Assembly: GCA_963817465.1 (NCBI GenBank)
Contig: CAWFOP010000021.1
Location: forward strand, 18,803-82,802
Source: an uncultured Acidobacteriota bacterium
GTDB taxonomy: Bacteria; Acidobacteriota; Terriglobia; Bryobacterales; UBA6623
Direction of reading: 5' to 3'
DNA length: 64,000 bases
The notes under the pieces were generated by a model that saw nothing but the letters and a program-made list of their open reading frames with translations, did no database searches and had not been told where the DNA came from. This document shows positions 59,001-64,000 of this stretch, in pieces (position 1 is the first letter of the stretch; each line of letters starts with the position of its first letter). A program made the translations under genes and the position numbers.

Positions 59001-59395
59001 GCCGACGTGTCGGAGTCGAGCGGCGGCGGAGCGCCGGACACTTCGATGGTCTCGGCGACTGCGCCGACCTCGAGTGCGAAGTCCAAGCGAATCGTTTGGT
59101 TGACCTCGAGGACGACGGGCTCGCGGGTGACGCCCCGGAAACCATCGCCTTCGACGTGAACCCGGTAATTTCCCGCCAACAGCAGCGGGACGGTGAAAGT
59201 GCCGTTCTGATCCGTTGTAGCTTGACGCTCAGAGCCGGTCTCTAGGCTAGTGACGGTAACCCTCGCGCCCGGGATGGACGCGCCGGACGGATCGGTGACG
59301 ATGCCGTTGAGTTGCGCGGACGTTTGGCCGAAAGCGCTCGTCGCTGTCAAAAATCCGATGACGGCGAACAAACCTACGGCCGTGGATTTCTGCAT
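56069..59395 (-). CDS. TonB-dependent receptor with carboxypeptidase-regulatory-like domain
   Basis: Signal peptide, then LNGIVTDPSGASIPGARVTVTSLETG...DQNGTFTVPLLLAGNYRVHVE, then plug and barrel, ending ...REIQFGLKFVF. Confidence 0.85.
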   Translation of the reverse strand: MQKSTAVGLFAVIGFLTATSAFGQTSAQLNGIVTDPSGASIPGARVTVTSLETGSERQATTDQNGTFTVPLLLAGNYRVHVEGDGFRGVTREPVVLEVNQTIRLDFALEVGAVAETIEVSGAPPPLDSDTSAIGQVIEERAVQDLPLNGRSFVQLAILAPGVTGAGYGPAGTIMGGSRPDDLRPGSELFTNGIRENANNWEIDGIDNNDRITLSISLRPSVEAIRQFKMETSNFKADQGRNAGATINVVTKNGTNELHGSLYEFLRNNKMDARNFFDRPGSTQPDYRQNQFGATAGGPIAKNKLFYFGAFEGFRKRRGTTEISTVPSAAMRGGDFSAVRDIFDPFSVRPAEGTPSGFTRDILPNRQIPQSMFDAVTPKLFYGVPLPDSPGLVNNLRTVPKQEQDWNQGMGRADWNVSDKGRVFGRYSYQETTTVQPSTFPAAEIPGIDRPVALGSERSFAGNSVFTAQNAAINYTHSFTPTVLFDGRLGFNRFKLNYTQEGAEEGAKLGEQLGVKNANQAGYSDGIPIFFPSGYQEIGQTRSLPIIRVQNAFTYKGNMTHIMGKHTIKYGFDTRRRQMTIIQNNQGAGRFNFNTNVTRDPNNVSNTGDGMASLIIGTPSVIQQDFALLTPGYRNWEHGFYFQDDWRATSKLTLNLGLRYELFTRLHEVANRISNFDIDSGQLLIAGFNTDKYTGIQPDNNNFAPRFGFAYQVDSKTVVRGGFGVFWNPTGTGGNIMRGHRQLPFGPVSTVDLNQFDPDYPRVQDGLPPIPSLDFEGNAENPTGSLFTNPPDIRASYVLQWNLQVQRALGKGFVTKVAYVANGGRNLDTTFNYNQPFPGPGGPAPRRPLRDIAPNVVNVTYLGTDGRSNYNSLQASLERRFAGGLGLLTSYTWSHAIDNVPNAFGGGANGPLPQDVRNRNGDFGNAGFDIRQRFIQTINWAPPVGQGRSFDLGKAGNALLGNWQTNFIVTMQEGLPFTPALNNSVSNAGGSRPDALHDARIDNPDPTHWFDTSLDSSGAAWGTPEQFTFGNGGRNIMEGPGRINFDFSVFRRFPINEDMSVQFRGEFFNLFNTPQFGLPGASIGNPSAGIISSTVGNPREIQFGLKFVF

Positions 59396-59668
59396 GGAAA
59401 CCTCCTCACCAGTTAGGAATCAGCGCGCCGAGTCGATATACCCCTTCTCGTGACGCCTTGGCCCAAGTCTAACCGCTTCGGAGCCTGTACCCCAAGCAGT
59501 AAGTTGAAGAAAAGAAAGGTTAGATCTGCGATTTGATCGGGCGCCTTGACTCTGCGTCGAGGCCTAAGTGATAGAAACTGCTAAAGATATCAGTCTCCGC
59601 GATCGGCGCTGGCACGGGTCCATTAAGCGTGCCCATGCCCAATTAATGGGGCTGGATTTTCACGTGAC

Positions 59669-60361
59669 TCAACTTCGAACCGCCACGCTCAACCGCCGCT
59701 CGCAGACGAATTCTAGCCAGTTATCCATGCCGGTCGACTTCTTCGCGGAAACGCACAGCACTTCCATCCCCGGCCGCACGGTCTCGATGTTGCGCGCCGC
59801 CGCCGCCCAGTTGAATTCCACGGCGTCGGCCAGGTCGATCTTGGTGATGACGGCCACGTCGGCGCTGTTGAAGATCGTCGGGTACTTCAGCGGCTTGTCT
59901 TCGCCCTCGGTCACCGACAGCAGCACCAGCCGCAAGTGCTCGCCCAGGTCGTAGGACGACGGACAAACCAGATTCCCAACGTTCTCGACGAACAGAAAGT
60001 CCAACTCGTTCAGATCCCAGCCGTCGAGCGCGTTGTCGACCATCTCGGCTTCGAGGTGACACATCGTCCCGGTGAGGATTTGCTTGATCGGCGCTCCGCT
60101 GCGCATCAGCCGTTGCGCGTCGTTCTCCGTCGCCAGGTCGCCCACCAGGGCGCCGACGCGGTAATTCGCAGCAAGCCGCGTCAGGGTCTGTTCGAGGAAA
60201 GCGGTCTTGCCTGAGCCGGGGCTCGAGACCAAGCTCACGACGAAGACGCCGGCCTCCTCGAAGCGCCGCCGCAGGGCGCGCGCCGCCTCGTCGTTGCGCT
60301 TCAAGATGTTCCGCCGCACTTCGACGATCCGAGGCTCGGATTTCCGTAGAGGTTCCGTCAT
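59669..60361 (-). CDS. hypB: Hydrogenase nickel-incorporation GTPase HypB
   Basis: P-loop SSPGSGKT, then ENVGNLVCP and TKIDL. The start is set at MTEPLRK (ATG 60361), which overlaps the hypA stop as ATGA. There is no His-rich N-terminal stretch. Confidence 0.85.
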   Translation of the reverse strand: MTEPLRKSEPRIVEVRRNILKRNDEAARALRRRFEEAGVFVVSLVSSPGSGKTAFLEQTLTRLAANYRVGALVGDLATENDAQRLMRSGAPIKQILTGTMCHLEAEMVDNALDGWDLNELDFLFVENVGNLVCPSSYDLGEHLRLVLLSVTEGEDKPLKYPTIFNSADVAVITKIDLADAVEFNWAAAARNIETVRPGMEVLCVSAKKSTGMDNWLEFVCERRLSVAVRS

Positions 60362-60702
60362 GTTTCCAACTCCAATCCAACGACTTGCAGCTCGCGGCCC
60401 CGTATGAATTCCGCCGCCGTTGACCCGCAACACGGGCAAGTCAGCAATTGCACCGATGGGAGTTCGCGCTCCTCATTGCAACCGCGGCAGAAGATCACGA
60501 TCGGCGTTTCTTCAACTACGAGACGACAGCTCTCGAAAGGCGTCTGTTCCCGCGCCAACTCATAAGCCGAAAGCAACGCATCTTTGACGATCCCCGACAG
60601 CGGACCCACCCTCACGTGAATGGCCTCGATCGCCTGGCCGCGTTTCTCCGCCTCTTCCTCGGCGAAGTCCAGAATGCTCATCGCGATCGACAACTCATGC
60701 AT
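60358..60702 (-). CDS. hypA: Hydrogenase maturation nickel metallochaperone HypA
   Basis: MHELSIA N-terminus and a zinc site CRGC...CPCCG. An alternative upstream ATG lies at 60717. Confidence 0.85.
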   Translation of the reverse strand: MHELSIAMSILDFAEEEAEKRGQAIEAIHVRVGPLSGIVKDALLSAYELAREQTPFESCRLVVEETPIVIFCRGCNEERELPSVQLLTCPCCGSTAAEFIRGRELQVVGLELET

Positions 60703-62966
60703 GACGCCCCCTGTCAATCTCGAACGCCGCCAACGCGGCTTGCCCCAGGCACACGCCGCCGTCGTTGGGCGGAACCTGCGAGTTGGTCCAAACTTCGACG
60801 CCCTGGTAGGGCAGCAGGTTCGCGAGATCCTCGAGCAACAGCTCGTTCTGGAACACTCCGCCCGACAGCACGCAGACGTCAGTGCCGCGTTCGCCGCACA
60901 GCCGTAGGATCGCCGTCGCCGTTCCTTCGGCGAGTCCCCGTTGAAACGCTCTCGCGATCTGCGCCGGCTTGCGACCCGCGAGGCGATCGCGAATCACGCT
61001 CTCGAGCAGCGGGCGAAAATCCAACACGCCGTCGCGCACGGGGAACGGATAGGCGTCGGCGAAGCGCGCGCCGCGGGCGGTCTGCTCGAGCCAAATCGCC
61101 GCCTGGCCCTCAAAGGTCACCTGGCGCGTAAACCCGAGCAGCGCGGCCGCGGCGTCGAACAGCCGGCCGACCGAAGTCGTCTCGAAAGGTCCGGACTCCC
61201 GCATCGAGCATCCGTCGCGCTTCGATGTACCGCTTCGAGAAGGCGAACGGCTCGGCGCAAAGATCCGGCAACGAGTCCAACTGCGAAACGAAACCGGCCG
61301 CCGACTGCACGGGGAACTTAGCCGCGGCGTCGCCGCCCGGCAGCATCGCCGGACGCAAGTGCAGCAGCCGCTCGAACCCATCGCGTAGGCTGCCGCCGAA
61401 AAACTCGCCGCCCCAGATCGTCCCGTCGTCGCCGTAGCCCGTGCCGTCAAAGGCCACGCCGATCACGTGCTGATCCCACGCTCGGCGTTCAGCCAACACC
61501 GACGCCACGTGCGCGCGGTGGTGTTGGACCGCGAACCGCTCGCGGCAATCGATCCCCTGAGCTTCCAGCGTCGAGGCGTATTGCGGGTGCAGGTCATACG
61601 CGACGATCAAGTCCGCGGGGGAGACCGCATACATTGACGTCAAGTCGCGGACCGTCTCGCGGAACGCTTGGCGGCACTGGTGATGGTCGAGGTCGCCGAT
61701 ATGCTGGCTGACGAAAACCTGTCCGTCGACCGCCAGCGCTATCGCGTTCTTGAGATCCGCGCCAACGCCCAAGATCGGCGGCGCGTCGAACGGCAATGTC
61801 GTCACCGCGCCCGGCGCATAGCCGCGCGAGCGTCGCAGCACCGCGGGGCCGAAAGCGCCGACGCGCGCCACCGAGTCGTCGACTCTCCTGACGATCGGCC
61901 GCTCGCCCAGCAAGAAGGCGTCCGCGATGCCGTCGAGTCGCTCCAAAGCGTCCGCGTCTTGGTAGGCGATCGGCTCGCTCGAGCGATTGGCGCTCGTCAT
62001 CACCAGCAGGTCCGGGGCGCCTGCGGCAAACAGCATGTGGTGCAGCGGCGTATAGGGCAGCATCACGCCAAGGTCGCGATTGTCCGGTGCGACGCCGGGC
62101 AACTCGACTTTCGCGGGGGCGATCACAATCGGCCGGGCGGGGGACTGCAATAACTCCTCCGCCGCCGGCGGCAGCGCGACAATCCCGCGCGCCATCTCCA
62201 AATCGCGCGCCATCACCGCAAAAGGCCGCTCCTTGCGGAACTTGCGCTCGCGCAACGCCGCGACCGCTTTCGCGCTGCGCGCGTCGCAAGCCAGGTGGTA
62301 GCCGCCGAGCCCTTTGATCGCGACGATTTTTCCCGCCTCGAGCAAGGCCGCGGTGCGCGTCACGCATTCCGCGTCTCCCAGCACAAGCTGTCGACCGACA
62401 CGCAATTCCAAGTGCGGCCCGCAAGCCGGACAAGCCGTCGGCTGCGCATGGAAGCGCCGATCCTCCGGGTCGCGGTACTCGTGCTCGCAAGCCGCGTCGA
62501 GCGGCCACGCCTTCATCGACGTATTCGCCCTGTCATAGGGCAGCCGCTCGATCACGCTGTAGCGCGGCCCGCAGTGCGTGCAATTGATATACGGGTACAG
62601 AAACCGCGAATCCTGCGAGTCGAACAACTCACGCAGGCAGTCGTCGCAAACCGGCAGGTCGGGGGATATGCGCGCGGTGGGCGCAGCGTCGCTGCGGCTC
62701 TTGCGGATGACGAAATCCGCCAAGCCGGTCGGCTCGGCCTCGTCCACTTGGATCGAGGCGATGTGCGACGCGGCGGGCGCCTCGACCTCGAGGCCGCGCA
62801 AGAAAGCTTCGAGCGCCGGCGCGGCGCCCTCCACATACACTTCGAGCCCTTCGCCTTCGTTGAGCGCCCAGCCGCTGAGCGCGTTCGCGCGCGCCAGCCG
62901 ATAAACAAAGGGCCGGAACCCGACCCCCTGCACCACGCCGCGCACATGAATGGACCGGGCCGTCAT
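60695..62966 (-). pseudogene. hypF: [NiFe]-hydrogenase maturation carbamoyltransferase HypF, interrupted by a 1-nt frame shift near 61193-61196
   Basis: The acylphosphatase domain (VQGVGFRPFV), two CxxC-x18-CxxC zinc fingers, the YrdC-like domain and the start of the Kae1-like domain are in one frame (62966..~61196). The C-terminal ...FETTSVGRLFDAAAALLGF...GGVFQN... is in another frame (to 60695). Total length is 2272 nt, i.e. 757 codons plus 1 nt. Confidence 0.8.
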
Positions 62967-63184
62967 ACGACGCACATCCTGCCTTGCCAACCGGATTGCA
63001 GCACGCGGCCGTCGCGCATCAGCACCGGCACGCCGCGCTGTCCGCCCGTCGCCCGGCGAAGGCGCTCCAGAGCCGCCGTGTCGTCTTCCACGTCGTACTC
63101 GACGAACGCTTCGCCCTTCCACTCCAGCTCTTCGCGCATCTCGCTGGTGTAAGGGCAAGATTTCGAGCCGTAAAGCTCAAGCAT
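62963..63184 (-). CDS. Small glutaredoxin/NrdH-like protein ending in C-V-V-stop, translationally coupled to hypF
   Basis: 73 aa: LELYGSKSCPYT...VPVLMRDGRVLQSGWQGRMCVV. CPYT replaces CPYC. Its stop overlaps the hypF ATG as ATGA, and its start overlaps the upstream SIS gene by 8 nt. Confidence 0.65.
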   Translation of the reverse strand: MLELYGSKSCPYTSEMREELEWKGEAFVEYDVEDDTAALERLRRATGGQRGVPVLMRDGRVLQSGWQGRMCVV

Positions 63185-63971
63185 CGGGCTCCTCCAGCAA
63201 TTCGCAGATCGTGTGATAGATCGAGGCTTGCACTTCTTGAATCCTCGGGATGTAGTCCGACCGCACGATCAGCGGAAACTCCGCCAGACCGCGGCGCGCG
63301 ATCTCGCCGCCGTCGTAGCCGAGCAGCGCCGCGGTCAGCAGTCCGCGCTTGTTGGCTTCTTCGAGCGCCGCGATGATGTTGCGCGAGCCGCCGCTTGTCG
63401 AGATGCCGACGGCCACGTCTTCGGGCCGCGCGTGCGCGATCAGTTGCCGCAGAAACACGACGTCTTGCCCCACGTCATTCGCGATCGCACTCAAGTTCGC
63501 CGGCTCCGCGGACAGGGAAATCGCGGGAACCGCGCGCCTCCCCGGCGGCGGGCTCACCAAGTCCAGCGCCCAATCGTTCGCGTCGGTCGCCGAACCTCCG
63601 TTGCCGAACAAGATCAGCTTGCCGCCGCGTGCGATGCGTTCCCGCATGGCCGCCGCGGCCCCTGCGATCTTCTCCGATTCCATCTCCGCCGCTTGCGCGC
63701 GCAGCTCCGCATCGTCGGCGACCTTCATTTCGATCGATGCCGCCACATCCTTCAGCACCGCGGCCGTGTCCTGCGAATCCTTGCCCAAGAACGGATAGAG
63801 AAACGAGGAAGCGCCGGCGTCCTGCCCCAACGAGCGGTGCTCGAAGAACACGTGCACCGTCTCCCACAGCGTGTGGTAGAGGATCTCGACCATCTCCTGG
63901 TGCACGAACGGGTCGGGCAACGCCGCGCGAAACGAGTACGAGCCGCGCAGACCGGGCAGGGCGAACGTCAT
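63177..63971 (-). CDS. SIS-domain protein (GmhA/phosphoheptose-isomerase-like); the frame stays open to the window edge, so the true start may lie outside
   Basis: GGKLILFGNGGSATDANDWA...VAVGISTSGGSRNII...LLGYDGG is the SIS fold pattern. An N-terminal helical extension is present. Confidence 0.7.
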   Translation of the reverse strand: MTFALPGLRGSYSFRAALPDPFVHQEMVEILYHTLWETVHVFFEHRSLGQDAGASSFLYPFLGKDSQDTAAVLKDVAASIEMKVADDAELRAQAAEMESEKIAGAAAAMRERIARGGKLILFGNGGSATDANDWALDLVSPPPGRRAVPAISLSAEPANLSAIANDVGQDVVFLRQLIAHARPEDVAVGISTSGGSRNIIAALEEANKRGLLTAALLGYDGGEIARRGLAEFPLIVRSDYIPRIQEVQASIYHTICELLEEPDA

Positions 63972-64000
63972 CGCCTCGCGCGCGTAAGCGCGGTCGAGCG

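Noticed and set aside
59568-59954. 128-aa plus-strand ORF spanning the hypB 3' end and the AT-rich gap.
   Set aside because: It is antisense to hypB over half its length and has no domain. The remainder is the intergenic promoter/terminator region.

Overview
Visibly GC-rich chromosomal segment with an Acidobacteriota-like gene set. It has four CarboxypepD_reg-type TonB-dependent receptors (one partial), a PSCyt/DUF1549/DUF1553 + DUF1501 pair, an FG-GAP/ASPIC protein, two DUF1080 proteins and large TPR proteins. Housekeeping genes are interspersed: guaB, pgk, rbsK, holA, zapA. About 50 CDS are supportable. I saw no rRNA, tRNA, CRISPR array, transposase or integrase. The most interesting signals are two in-frame UGA codons. 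Each sits inside an otherwise continuous exported redox or FG-GAP protein and is followed by a SECIS-like hairpin with a GGU-containing loop. One UGA falls exactly in a thioredoxin-fold C-S-P-[UGA] motif, so both are candidate selenoproteins. Other notable items: (1) a tightly overlapped SIS / glutaredoxin-like (C-x-x-stop) / hypF / hypA / hypB operon at the right edge; (2) a dispersed MITE-like intergenic repeat family with 13-nt terminal inverted repeats at three loci, one apparently nested; (3) single-nucleotide frame disruptions in a sulfatase, in hypF and probably in the 3' end of a membrane protein, which could be pseudogenes or assembly indels; (4) a secreted triple-RidA fusion; (5) a MacA/FtsX/TolC efflux operon with no ATPase; (6) a 540-bp highly structured non-coding gap upstream of pgk. 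Function calls rest on motif and domain recognition by eye; no database search was run.
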